A DNA stretch of 64,000 nt from positions 53,582-117,581 of IMG/VR virus record IMGVR_UViG_3300021963_000047. One strand, 5' to 3'. The translations under genes and the position numbers were made by a program. The notes beneath the pieces were generated by a model that saw nothing but the letters and a program-made list of their open reading frames with translations, ran no database searches and was not told the DNA's origin. This stretch comes from a virus. Position 1 is the first letter of the stretch; every line of letters starts with the position of its first letter. This document shows, in pieces, positions 56,247 through 64,000 of this stretch.

Positions 56247-57343
56247 TGTTAAGCTCAAAAGATGCCCTCTCATCAAAGTTAAAGTTAGATAAAGATACTA
56301 TACTTGTTATTGATGATTTTCATGTTGAAGATGATTATAAAGAACTACTAAACGTGTTAGATAATACATCTTATACGAGCGGGTGGAAATCTAATAAAAG
56401 AACGGATCCTCACGGGCATTGGAATAAAAATTATGTTGAAGGTGTTAAATCTGGTTCTTCAAATTTAGCAGAAGTAAGTAATAATATTCCTGAACTTCAA
56501 AAAAGAATATGGAAAAAATTAAAAGATAGATATAATCTACATGATATGGTCTTATTGAGATGTTATGTCAATGCACATACATATGGTGTAGACGGTTATA
56601 TACACTCTGACTCTCATAGAGATGATGAGTGGACAGTTGTCACATATATGAATGAAACATGGGATCCCAACTGGGCAGGTGAGACTATACTAGTTGATGA
56701 TAATAATGAGATTATTAAATCAATATTACCAAAAAGAAATAGAGCTATCATATTTCCGGGCAAAATGAAGCACGCAGCTCGTGGTGTTTCTAGAATGTGT
56801 CATGAACTTAGAAGAACATTTATGTTTAAGTTTAGAGCAAAAAGAGACGAGAACTTTGAAAAGTTAAGTTCTTTCTTGATTAGTGTAGGTGCTAATAAAC
56901 ATAAGCATAGTAGAGGAAGTCTACATGATCATTTGGTAAGAAATTATACTATTTTAAAAGAAAAAGGATGTGACTTAGATCTATGTTATGCAGCAGGTCT
57001 GCATTCTATCTTTGGGACAAATGCTTTTAGTAAAACTGTGTTAAGTCATGAACAATCTGAATTGGTAAGAGATAGCTTCGGCGAAAAAGCAGAGTCGTTA
57101 GCACTAATGTTTGGAATGATAGAAAGACCTAAAACTCTGGAGACACCAGAAGAGATTGGTGATGATCATGTTATGGTATTGATGAGAAACGGAGATCTTC
57201 ACCCAATTTCTAAGACCATGTTTAAGAATCTAAGACTTATGGAATGCGCTAATCTTATAGACCAAAAGGGCCTTAAACCTGATAGACATCAAAATCTTAT
57301 ATCTGTATGGGAAAGCTTTGTCCCTGAGCTTGAATCTGAATAA
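56243..57343 (+). CDS. Fusion of a prolyl-hydroxylase-like 2OG-Fe(II) oxygenase and an HD-like (DUF6817-like) domain
   Basis: N-terminal HSD...YMN..W....GET...NRAIIF...HAA...R; C-terminal HSRGSLHDHL...AAGLHSIFGT. Confidence 0.7.
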   Translation: MMLSSKDALSSKLKLDKDTILVIDDFHVEDDYKELLNVLDNTSYTSGWKSNKRTDPHGHWNKNYVEGVKSGSSNLAEVSNNIPELQKRIWKKLKDRYNLHDMVLLRCYVNAHTYGVDGYIHSDSHRDDEWTVVTYMNETWDPNWAGETILVDDNNEIIKSILPKRNRAIIFPGKMKHAARGVSRMCHELRRTFMFKFRAKRDENFEKLSSFLISVGANKHKHSRGSLHDHLVRNYTILKEKGCDLDLCYAAGLHSIFGTNAFSKTVLSHEQSELVRDSFGEKAESLALMFGMIERPKTLETPEEIGDDHVMVLMRNGDLHPISKTMFKNLRLMECANLIDQKGLKPDRHQNLISVWESFVPELESE

Positions 57344-57391
57344 TTCATAAATATTCCTACCTGATAATAATAATTAAAAAAGGTGGGAATA

Positions 57392-57790
57392 ATGAGTTTA
57401 ATCAATTCGCTGGTGGAAGTGAAGATAGCTGAAGAAGAAGACTTCCTAAAAATTAAAGAAACCCTAACTAGAATAGGGGTAGCTTCTAGAAAAGATAAGA
57501 AGCTGTATCAGTCATGTCATATTTTGCATAAACAAGGAAAATATTATATAGTCCATTTTAAAGAACTATTTGCTTTAGATGGCAAAGACACTAACTTTTC
57601 AGATGAAGATAAGTTTAGAAGAAATAAGATCGCATTCCTGCTGCAAGAATGGGGATTGCTCAAGATAGTAGATCCAGATCTTATAAAGGAAAGTCAAGCT
57701 CAGATGAATCATATTAAGATTATCAATCATAAAGAAAAAAATGATTGGGAACTTGTAGCTAAGTATAACATTGGTAGGAAAAAAGCTTAA
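57392..57790 (+). CDS. regA: Translational repressor RegA
   Basis: DFLKIKETLTRIGVAS...LYQSCHILHKQGKYYIVHFKELFALDG. Confidence 0.96.
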   Translation: MSLINSLVEVKIAEEEDFLKIKETLTRIGVASRKDKKLYQSCHILHKQGKYYIVHFKELFALDGKDTNFSDEDKFRRNKIAFLLQEWGLLKIVDPDLIKESQAQMNHIKIINHKEKNDWELVAKYNIGRKKA

Positions 57791-57795
57791 TTAAT

Positions 57796-58668
57796 ATGTT
57801 TAAATTATTTGATGTAATTAGCAATTTCGTAACCCTTAAAAAAGGTAAAGCAAAAGAAATTGTAATTGGTAAAAAAGGTAGAGTATCACCTAGATATGGC
57901 AATGAGCTTCTCTGCGCAAGATACTATAATGAAGATGAGAGTCATTATATAGATCTTTATGTGCCTTTAAAAGGACCATTAGGTGTATGGATGAGTGGTG
58001 GTGCTGATAGTAGTATGTTAGCATTTTTATTGGCTAAAACAATAAAAGATTATAATTTAGATGTTAAAATATTGCCTATGAGTTTTAAGAGAGATGATAA
58101 ACCTTGGAATATGTGGGTAGCTACAAATATAGTAGAAAGAATAGAAGAAATACTTGATATAAAAAAGGGTGAGATATTTTTAAATCATAATTATTGTTAT
58201 TTTGGTGACTATAAATCAAAAGAGTTCTTACCAAAATTACGTAAGCATGTTGAAAGCTTAAAAGACAATAAGTTGATTACTATTTGTTACACTGGATTAA
58301 CTAAAAATCCAGAAGATATTCCTGAAGATATGATCGAATCTAGAGAATTTTCTAGAGATGAACCGGCAAAAAAAATATTAGAAGAAAAAGATGAATATAA
58401 AGAAGAATTGATTATTTCAATACCATTCTTATTTCAAGATAAAAAGTTTATAGCTGGTTTATATAATAAATTAGGTTTAATGGAAAAATTATTTCCATAT
58501 ACTAGATCATGTGAAAATGTTATTCATAATACTGATTTTTTTAAAACGTCTTGTGGTAAGTGTTGGTGGTGTAAAGAAAGAAAATGGGCATTTGGTAGTT
58601 ATACAAAAGATCCACTAAAACATATACAACCATCAAATAAAATAATAAGATCGTGTGTAGCAGTATAA
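57796..58668 (+). CDS. QueC-like PP-loop ATPase with a Cys cluster
   Basis: MSGGADSS and TRSC...CGKCWWCKER. Confidence 0.65.
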   Translation: MFKLFDVISNFVTLKKGKAKEIVIGKKGRVSPRYGNELLCARYYNEDESHYIDLYVPLKGPLGVWMSGGADSSMLAFLLAKTIKDYNLDVKILPMSFKRDDKPWNMWVATNIVERIEEILDIKKGEIFLNHNYCYFGDYKSKEFLPKLRKHVESLKDNKLITICYTGLTKNPEDIPEDMIESREFSRDEPAKKILEEKDEYKEELIISIPFLFQDKKFIAGLYNKLGLMEKLFPYTRSCENVIHNTDFFKTSCGKCWWCKERKWAFGSYTKDPLKHIQPSNKIIRSCVAV

Positions 58669-58671
58669 ATA
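58664..58671 (+). promoter_or_regulatory. T4-type late promoter TATAAATA
   Basis: Exact consensus upstream of the 58706 ORF. Confidence 0.55.
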
Positions 58672-58705
58672 AACTTAAAAACTTATGTGAGGAACATGAA
58701 AATAG

Positions 58706-58927
58706 ATGAAAAGCAATCATAATCAAGTCTTAGTAGAAGAAGTCATAACAGCTCTTGATAAGATGCTTTTATCAAGTGATAAGATATTTGAAGAAAAAAA
58801 ATATGCAAATTATCGTTATGTCAATAACTTAGTTGAAATAGAATACGAGCCTGCTAAGAATCAACTTAGGCAGGCTCTTTTAATGCTTCTTAACGATAAA
58901 ACAAAAGATATATCAGACCAGGAATAA
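58706..58927 (+). CDS. Small hypothetical protein
   Basis: 73-aa ORF downstream of a late promoter and GAGG. Confidence 0.5.
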   Translation: MKSNHNQVLVEEVITALDKMLLSSDKIFEEKKYANYRYVNNLVEIEYEPAKNQLRQALLMLLNDKTKDISDQE

Positions 58928-59120
58928 TTATAAAGAATTGTGGTAAGAAATTTACTATTATTGCTTTTTCATTCCATCTGAAACCAACATAAGTCCAACC
59001 AGCAGCTCCTAATAATTGTAAAATAGAATTGTATGGAGTTATGCCTAATACGTGCAGCACCATTGCACATAGAATAATAATTGCACTGCACCACTTCACA
59101 TAAAAAACATGATCATACAT
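58890..59120 (-). CDS. Small membrane protein (DUF6552-like)
   Basis: Three hydrophobic segments; KW...P.N...G...W..VG..W.E.A.I..N pattern. Confidence 0.55.
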   Translation of the reverse strand: MYDHVFYVKWCSAIIILCAMVLHVLGITPYNSILQLLGAAGWTYVGFRWNEKAIIVNFLPQFFIIIPGLIYLLFYR

Positions 59121-59790
59121 TTGTATCTTCAATATAATTGATCATCTCAACGTTATCAACACTTTGATAATGATATCTATCAAATGGATCTATATTTGTT
59201 TTACCGAGTGGCATAACATTAAAAGATAGAATGGTTCTAGCTCTATCTGATCGATTAATAGCAGTATCATGAACGGCCCAAGCTGGAAATATAATAAGCT
59301 TTCCTTCTTCCCATGGAATACTCTGCTGATTTCTCATTCGAAGCGGTTTACCGTTTCTAGCAGGTGTAATTTGTTGTGCATATCTGTGTGGAGCATAAAA
59401 AACTGTTCCTCCAGTATTTTCACCACCATCCAAATAATACACTCCACCAAAAAATGAATTATGGTGTGAATGCATATGATGATATCCTATATTAGGATCA
59501 TGTTTTGTTGCCCACAATCCTGTCATACAAAATTCAGGAATATAACCATAGTCATCCATAGCAAAAGCAATACATTGTTTGAAAAAGTCTGTAAACTCTT
59601 TCATTTCTTCTTCTTTATGAAGATTAGGATGTGTAAATTTTAAAGTCTGTCGACGAGTATTCTTTTTATAGAGTTCTTCATCACTAAGAAAATTTAAAGC
59701 CTTTTCTTTAAACTCATTATGCTTTTCATACTTAAAAGAATATAATGGAGTGTAAAATGGTTTTAAAATTTTCATATTATTATTTGACAT
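59113..59790 (-). CDS. Putative 2OG-Fe(II) oxygenase (TIGR02466-like)
   Basis: HSHHNSFFGGVYYL...EGKLIIFPAW..H...RTILSFN; GAGGA RBS. Confidence 0.8.
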   Translation of the reverse strand: MSNNNMKILKPFYTPLYSFKYEKHNEFKEKALNFLSDEELYKKNTRRQTLKFTHPNLHKEEEMKEFTDFFKQCIAFAMDDYGYIPEFCMTGLWATKHDPNIGYHHMHSHHNSFFGGVYYLDGGENTGGTVFYAPHRYAQQITPARNGKPLRMRNQQSIPWEEGKLIIFPAWAVHDTAINRSDRARTILSFNVMPLGKTNIDPFDRYHYQSVDNVEMINYIEDTNV

Positions 59791-59797
59791 ATTATCC

Positions 59798-60571
59798 TCA
59801 CCAATGTGAACTAGGAACACATCTTTTAAAATTATGACTAAAATAATGGATTAAAAATAAATTACCGTCATTAAATTCATTTTCATTCCAATATTCGTTT
59901 TCTTCATCATCAAGCTTTCTTACATGAAACCTATCTAGATATTGAATATCTATATTCATAGATTTAAATAAATCTGATGATGAGTGTTGATAAGCAATCC
60001 AAGATATCTTATCTATATTAAAATTATTAGAATGTTTTTCTATAAAAGATTCTCTGAAAAAAGCATATTTTTCTAAATAAAAAGAATCAATATATGATGC
60101 TGTATTTTTATCTAAAATAAAAACACCATCATTAAAGCCTTCCCATTCTTTTCTTATAAAGAGACCATTTTGATATAAATCGAAGATATCATCGATGCTT
60201 TTATAAAAGATTGTATCTGTATCTAAATAGAGTATTTGATCTAAGTCAAACTGTTTAAAAGCTTTACATGCATTTGGCCATTTATGAATAACTTGATCAC
60301 ATCGATGCCAAGGATATGTAGTATTACTAGGCTTTACATTATATTCACTTGAATCAAAATGCATAAATTCAATATTATGATAATAATCTCTTACAGTTTG
60401 TCTAGTGCTCTTACTAAGAAGAGTCATATTATTTAAATATATTTTAACTGGTATATCACTGTATGATCTTAGTGTTTTTATTGAATAAATTAATTGTCTA
60501 TAATGCAGACTATCAAAAAGACTATCTTCATTAATATATAATGAATATATTATAGCTCTTTTTTTATTCAT
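59798..60571 (-). CDS. Glycosyltransferase (GT8-like)
   Basis: YSIKTLR, ILYLDTDTIF, FNDGVF and IHYFS. Confidence 0.7.
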   Translation of the reverse strand: MNKKRAIIYSLYINEDSLFDSLHYRQLIYSIKTLRSYSDIPVKIYLNNMTLLSKSTRQTVRDYYHNIEFMHFDSSEYNVKPSNTTYPWHRCDQVIHKWPNACKAFKQFDLDQILYLDTDTIFYKSIDDIFDLYQNGLFIRKEWEGFNDGVFILDKNTASYIDSFYLEKYAFFRESFIEKHSNNFNIDKISWIAYQHSSSDLFKSMNIDIQYLDRFHVRKLDDEENEYWNENEFNDGNLFLIHYFSHNFKRCVPSSHW

Positions 60572-60978
60572 TTGATCATACTAGCTATTTGCTTATATCC
60601 ACTTGGTGTCGGATGTATTCCATCGTAACTGATATAAGGATGTGACTCAATAACTTTATCTTTAAACTCGTTAGCTAATTCTTTTATTACAGTTCTTTGT
60701 ATTGGCTTCAACGTTAAGCTAGGTGAAATCCAAAATACCATATCTGCATTAATGTGTTTTCGTATATTATATAAAGCTTCTGCTGTAGTATTTTTATAAT
60801 CATTGCTTCCTAAGCTAATGACTACAATTTTATAACTCTTTTTAGTGTTTGGATTTGTATGAAAATTTTTATACCAGTTTTCGCTAGTAATGCCAACTCT
60901 AGCTATCACAGCGCATTCTGGTTTTTGTTGAGCAATGCCAACTGCTATACTATCACCAAGAATCATACATTCTAGCAT
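60568..60978 (-). CDS. SGNH/GDSL hydrolase
   Basis: GDSIAVG, SLGSND and DGIHP. Confidence 0.85.
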   Translation of the reverse strand: MLECMILGDSIAVGIAQQKPECAVIARVGITSENWYKNFHTNPNTKKSYKIVVISLGSNDYKNTTAEALYNIRKHINADMVFWISPSLTLKPIQRTVIKELANEFKDKVIESHPYISYDGIHPTPSGYKQIASMIK

Positions 60979-60994
60979 GGTGTGCCTCGTTAAA

Positions 60995-61068
60995 TGGCAC
61001 CGGTGGAAGGAGTCGAACCCTCGCCCTCGGTTTTGGAGACCGATGTGCTACCGTAACACTTCACCGAT
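60995..61068 (-). tRNA. trnW: tRNA-Trp (CCA), encoded 3' CCA
   Basis: Reverse complement ATCGGTG...TCGGT-CTCCAAA-ACCGA...GGTTCGACTCC...CACCGGTGCCA. Confidence 0.93.
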
Positions 61069-61069
61069 A

Positions 61070-61621
61070 TTACCTTTTATCAATTATTAAAAATCTAAAG
61101 TGAGCATTTGGTTCTACATAATTAGAAAATTTAAAATCTCTAGTAGGACCGGTTGACTCAAACAATTTAGATCTTTTAATAATATCTTCTGGTATATATT
61201 CTAAAAGGTTATAAAAACCCCACTTTCCTAAAACATCCTCAATCACGTAAAACTTATTAGCTTTATCATAAAAATTTTTAAACGTTTCAATTTGATACCT
61301 ATAATGATGAGCAGCGTCATCAATAATAATATCATACGTATTATTTATTGTTTTTGTTTGTTCATTGTCTTGTGAATCTATATTATAGATCTTAAATTCT
61401 TTTTCCAATTTGTCATCATATAAACGATCTAAGTCAATACCTTCTATCATGGCATCTGGCCATATTTTTTTCCAAGCGCGAATAGATGCACCTTTATATA
61501 GCCCAATTTCTAAAACAGAATCTATAATTTCATTTTCTAATATAGAATTATAGAAGTTATGATAGCCATGAACATATTTGTCAGTGCCACATTCTTTAAA
61601 ATATTTTTCAAATATATTCAT
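61070..61621 (-). CDS. Class I SAM-dependent methyltransferase (sugar O-methyltransferase-like)
   Basis: GTDK..HGY..FY, VLEIG, GIDL and DIIIDDAAH. Confidence 0.75.
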   Translation of the reverse strand: MNIFEKYFKECGTDKYVHGYHNFYNSILENEIIDSVLEIGLYKGASIRAWKKIWPDAMIEGIDLDRLYDDKLEKEFKIYNIDSQDNEQTKTINNTYDIIIDDAAHHYRYQIETFKNFYDKANKFYVIEDVLGKWGFYNLLEYIPEDIIKRSKLFESTGPTRDFKFSNYVEPNAHFRFLIIDKR

Positions 61622-61637
61622 ATTAATACCTCAAATA

Positions 61638-61723
61638 TGGCGGAGCGTATTGGAATCGAACCAATTCAACCTTGCGGTTGTACGGTTTAGCAAACCGCTG
61701 CATTACCATCCTGCCCACGCTCC
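61638..61723 (-). tRNA. trnS: tRNA-Ser (GCT), long variable arm
   Basis: GGAGCGT...GCGGT-TTGCTAA-ACCGT...GGTTCGATTCC...ACGCTCCGCCA. Confidence 0.92.
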
Positions 61724-61727
61724 AATA

Positions 61728-61803
61728 TGGTGCCGACTCCTCGTTACGATCGAGGTTCTCTAGTTCTTCAGACTAGCGTGAGGACCACCTTCACCAAGTC
61801 GGC
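61728..61803 (-). tRNA. trnF: tRNA-Phe (GAA) with a non-canonical T-loop and G37
   Basis: GCCGACT...CTAGT-CTGAAGA-ACTAG...CCTCG-ATCGTAA-CGAGG-AGTCGGC-ACCA. Confidence 0.85.
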
Positions 61804-61807
61804 ATAT

Positions 61808-61884
<77 letters not shown>

Positions 61885-63909
61885 TTAAAACTTCCACTTC
61901 ACTCCAGCAGTTCCGACATAACCTGTATAGTCAGAACCCTTATCAAACCCTGCACCTAGTTCAAGTGACACATCTTTATATATGTCTGCCTTTACACCTA
62001 AGCGATTGTTTGTTACAACTTTATATTCTTTATCATACAACAACTTGGATTCAAAGTACACCGATTTGTTGAATTCATATCGGCCACCAATATAAGGATT
62101 GGTTGTTACTGTTGAACCTGCGTTCGGTGCAGTTGATAATAGGGGTGATCCACTCTCGCGAATAGCTCCAATCACTGAATTATTTATAATCACACCAGCA
62201 AGCGGTCTGACTCCTAAGATAGTATTAGGAGCATAAGCACCGAGATCTGCATAATAGTTTGTCTGATTCATCTTAGTACCATTATACAAACCAAACTGTG
62301 GTATAGAAACGTTTGATACGTAATCATTGTGATTAATACCAACTGCTACCTTCCACCATCCATAATTTTGCTTTGTTAAAGCATACATGGTACCAGTGTA
62401 TGATGTAGCTTCAGTCTTAGAATTTAGATAACCAGCAGAAGAACTGCTATCTATTCTAAATGCAACACCTATTGTATTGTTATCTACTGTCTTATTGAAA
62501 CCAAGATCAACACCACCAGATCTTACACCACCAATAGACTTATAATAAGATGCAGAAGGTGTAATCCAACCACCATCTTTAGCAGATAGAGCATCAACTA
62601 AGAATGGATTGAATGACTTAAACTTTGTAGCTTCATTCAGACCAGCCGCAGATGCTGAATGAGTTTCACTTGAACTTGCAGATTGATAATCAATCCAGTT
62701 AGTTGTTTGAGTTATTACTTCATTCTGTGTTGTAGTAGTTGTAACAACAATATTCTCTGTCGATTCTGTTGTAACTGGTGTTCCAGCTGTTGTAGTTGTA
62801 GAACCATCAGAATATGTTGTAACTGTCTGTGGTGTTGTTACTGTAGTTGTAGTTCTTGGTGTAGTCTGTGTTGTTACAGTAGTTATTGGTGTAGTACCAA
62901 TATCAACACGTGTCTTTGGAGTTGCAGCAACTACAGTTGTTGTTCTTGTAACATCAATAGTCTTCTTATTTCTAGAAGCAGCATCTGCAGCACTTGCTGT
63001 GTATGTTGTTGTACCAGCTGTCGTATTTGAAACAGTTACAGTAGTACCTCTAGAAGAAGTAGAAGACGTAGTTGTTTGTCCATCTGAACTACTTGAAGAT
63101 ACTGTAGGAGTACCAGCAGCAGTACTTACAACTGTAGGTGCACCACCGCCACCATTTGTTGCAGCAGAACCATTACCACTTGAGCTAATTGTACCGCCGA
63201 CAGTACCAGCAACGATACCACGAATGATATCATCGAGAGCTGTCACGTTTTGTTGTTGTGAAGTAGTTGCACTTTGTGATGTATTGAAACGATCACTATC
63301 AAGCCAGTTAGTGTCAGCAACAGTAACGATAGTACCGGTCACACCAGAACTTAAAGCTCCTGCACGACCAATCCATGACATACCAGAAACGTTTCCAGCT
63401 GAGTCAGATATAAGTGGAATGCCTTGGCTGTTAACAATGATAGACGCAGCAGCATAGTTAACAGTGATACCACTTGTCATATACGTTGTGTTAACGTTAC
63501 TTGATACGTTATTAACCATACCAAAATTGGCGCCGATTGTGGTATTACCACCACCAAGTGCCATTACAAGTGCAGCAACAGAATTATTACGATCCATACA
63601 GCAGCCTGGATTTTCTGTTACGAAATATGCAAAGCCACCATTAGTAATAAATGATTGATATTTTGTCTGTTCACCAGCAGTCAAAGCTGCAGCATATCTA
63701 AGATCCCATACTTGCTGATATGAGCCAGTAGTTGTTGGGACTTGTGAAACGTCTGTAGTAACTGTTACTGTATGGCCAACAGCTTCTAAACGATTACGAA
63801 CGTTCTGAGTAACAGTTGAATATTGAGCATCGATGACTAAAACTTGGTCAGCCACAGCTGCAGTCGTAAATGCAAACAGGCCAAAGATGGCCGCTAAAAT
63901 CTTTTTCAT
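61885..63909 (-). CDS. Autotransporter-like outer-membrane protein (signal peptide, globular head, Thr-rich stalk, C-terminal beta-barrel)
   Basis: Sec signal MKKILAAIFGLFAFTTAAVA; Thr/Val/Ser stalk; alternating beta-strands over the last ~240 aa ending GVKWKF (terminal Phe); GGAG RBS. Confidence 0.7.
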   Translation of the reverse strand: MKKILAAIFGLFAFTTAAVADQVLVIDAQYSTVTQNVRNRLEAVGHTVTVTTDVSQVPTTTGSYQQVWDLRYAAALTAGEQTKYQSFITNGGFAYFVTENPGCCMDRNNSVAALVMALGGGNTTIGANFGMVNNVSSNVNTTYMTSGITVNYAAASIIVNSQGIPLISDSAGNVSGMSWIGRAGALSSGVTGTIVTVADTNWLDSDRFNTSQSATTSQQQNVTALDDIIRGIVAGTVGGTISSSGNGSAATNGGGGAPTVVSTAAGTPTVSSSSSDGQTTTSSTSSRGTTVTVSNTTAGTTTYTASAADAASRNKKTIDVTRTTTVVAATPKTRVDIGTTPITTVTTQTTPRTTTTVTTPQTVTTYSDGSTTTTAGTPVTTESTENIVVTTTTTQNEVITQTTNWIDYQSASSSETHSASAAGLNEATKFKSFNPFLVDALSAKDGGWITPSASYYKSIGGVRSGGVDLGFNKTVDNNTIGVAFRIDSSSSAGYLNSKTEATSYTGTMYALTKQNYGWWKVAVGINHNDYVSNVSIPQFGLYNGTKMNQTNYYADLGAYAPNTILGVRPLAGVIINNSVIGAIRESGSPLLSTAPNAGSTVTTNPYIGGRYEFNKSVYFESKLLYDKEYKVVTNNRLGVKADIYKDVSLELGAGFDKGSDYTGYVGTAGVKWKF

Positions 63910-63976
63910 ATCTTCTTGCTCCGTTATGTGATGAGTTATCAATCATCAGAAGCATAACGAAACAATAATACTTGAT

Positions 63977-63984
63977 TATTTATA
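63977..63984 (-). promoter_or_regulatory. T4-type late promoter TATAAATA upstream of the autotransporter-like gene
   Basis: TATTTATA on the + strand, about 68 nt upstream of the 63909 start. Confidence 0.55.
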
Positions 63985-64000
63985 TGGTACTACCTTCAAG
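63985..64000 (-). tRNA. Possible 3' end of a further tRNA cut by the window edge
   Basis: Reverse complement ...CTTGAAGGTAGTACCA ends in CCA after an AT-rich spacer like those next to the other tRNAs. Only 16 nt are visible. Confidence 0.3.

Noticed and set aside
57796-58668. Evidence for 7-deazaguanine DNA modification
   Set aside because: Only a QueC-like gene is present; no folE, queD, queE or dpdA in the window.
62181-62188. Minus-strand TATAAATA inside the autotransporter-like gene as a tRNA promoter
   Set aside because: It is about 300 nt from tRNA-Pro within coding sequence, and chance occurrence is likely in AT-rich DNA.
62683-63658. Plus-strand ORFs including a Cys-rich 115-aa ORF
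   Set aside because: Antisense by-products of the Thr-rich (ACA/ACT) stalk codons of the autotransporter-like gene.
63928-63990. Hammerhead ribozyme look-alike on the + strand (TGATGA-GTTAT...ATAAC-GAAAC)
   Set aside because: The core reads GUGAUGA (no C3-G8 pair), stems I and III are poor, and local genes are on the minus strand. The minus-strand CUGAUGA lacks a following GAAA.

Overview
This 64-kb AT-rich window comes from a T4-like myophage with a Gram-negative host, using the standard genetic code. All family assignments come from motif recognition by eye; no searches were run. In order, it contains: (1) tail-fibre and lectin (LamG) adhesin genes (1-7.4 kb); (2) two very AT-rich enzyme islands (2OG/Fe hydroxylases, sulfotransferase-like P-loop proteins, SAM methyltransferases, GT8-like glycosyltransferases) flanking a fibre gene with a mirror-symmetric 26x (Y/F-T/S-G-x) repeat (7.4-21 kb); (3) the T4 morphogenesis core gp13-14-15-16-17-18-19-20-(67/68)-21-22-23-3 with TATAAATA late promoters (21-35.5 kb); (4) uvsY-uvsW-gp55-gp47-gp46; (5) a DNA-modification cluster of about 9 kb (45-54.3 kb); (6) gp45-gp44-gp62-regA; and (7) a minus-strand accessory region with four tRNAs (Trp, Ser, Phe, Pro) and an autotransporter-like outer-membrane protein. 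The strongest candidate for an undescribed system is the DNA-modification cluster. It joins a dCMP-specific (T4 gp42-type) hydroxymethylase to two amino-acid:DNA-transferase-like (aGPT-Pplase1) paralogs and a PLP enzyme, a set known from hydroxymethyl-uracil hypermodification. It also holds a C5-methyltransferase-like protein with an aberrant SAM motif, an SGNH protein, a UDG-fold protein and a glycosyltransferase, but no recognisable 5-hmdU DNA kinase. A second candidate is a late-expressed virion-decoration (glycosylation/hydroxylation/sulfation) toolkit, suggested by N-X-S/T-rich tail proteins and a palindromic bidirectional late promoter that points into one enzyme island.
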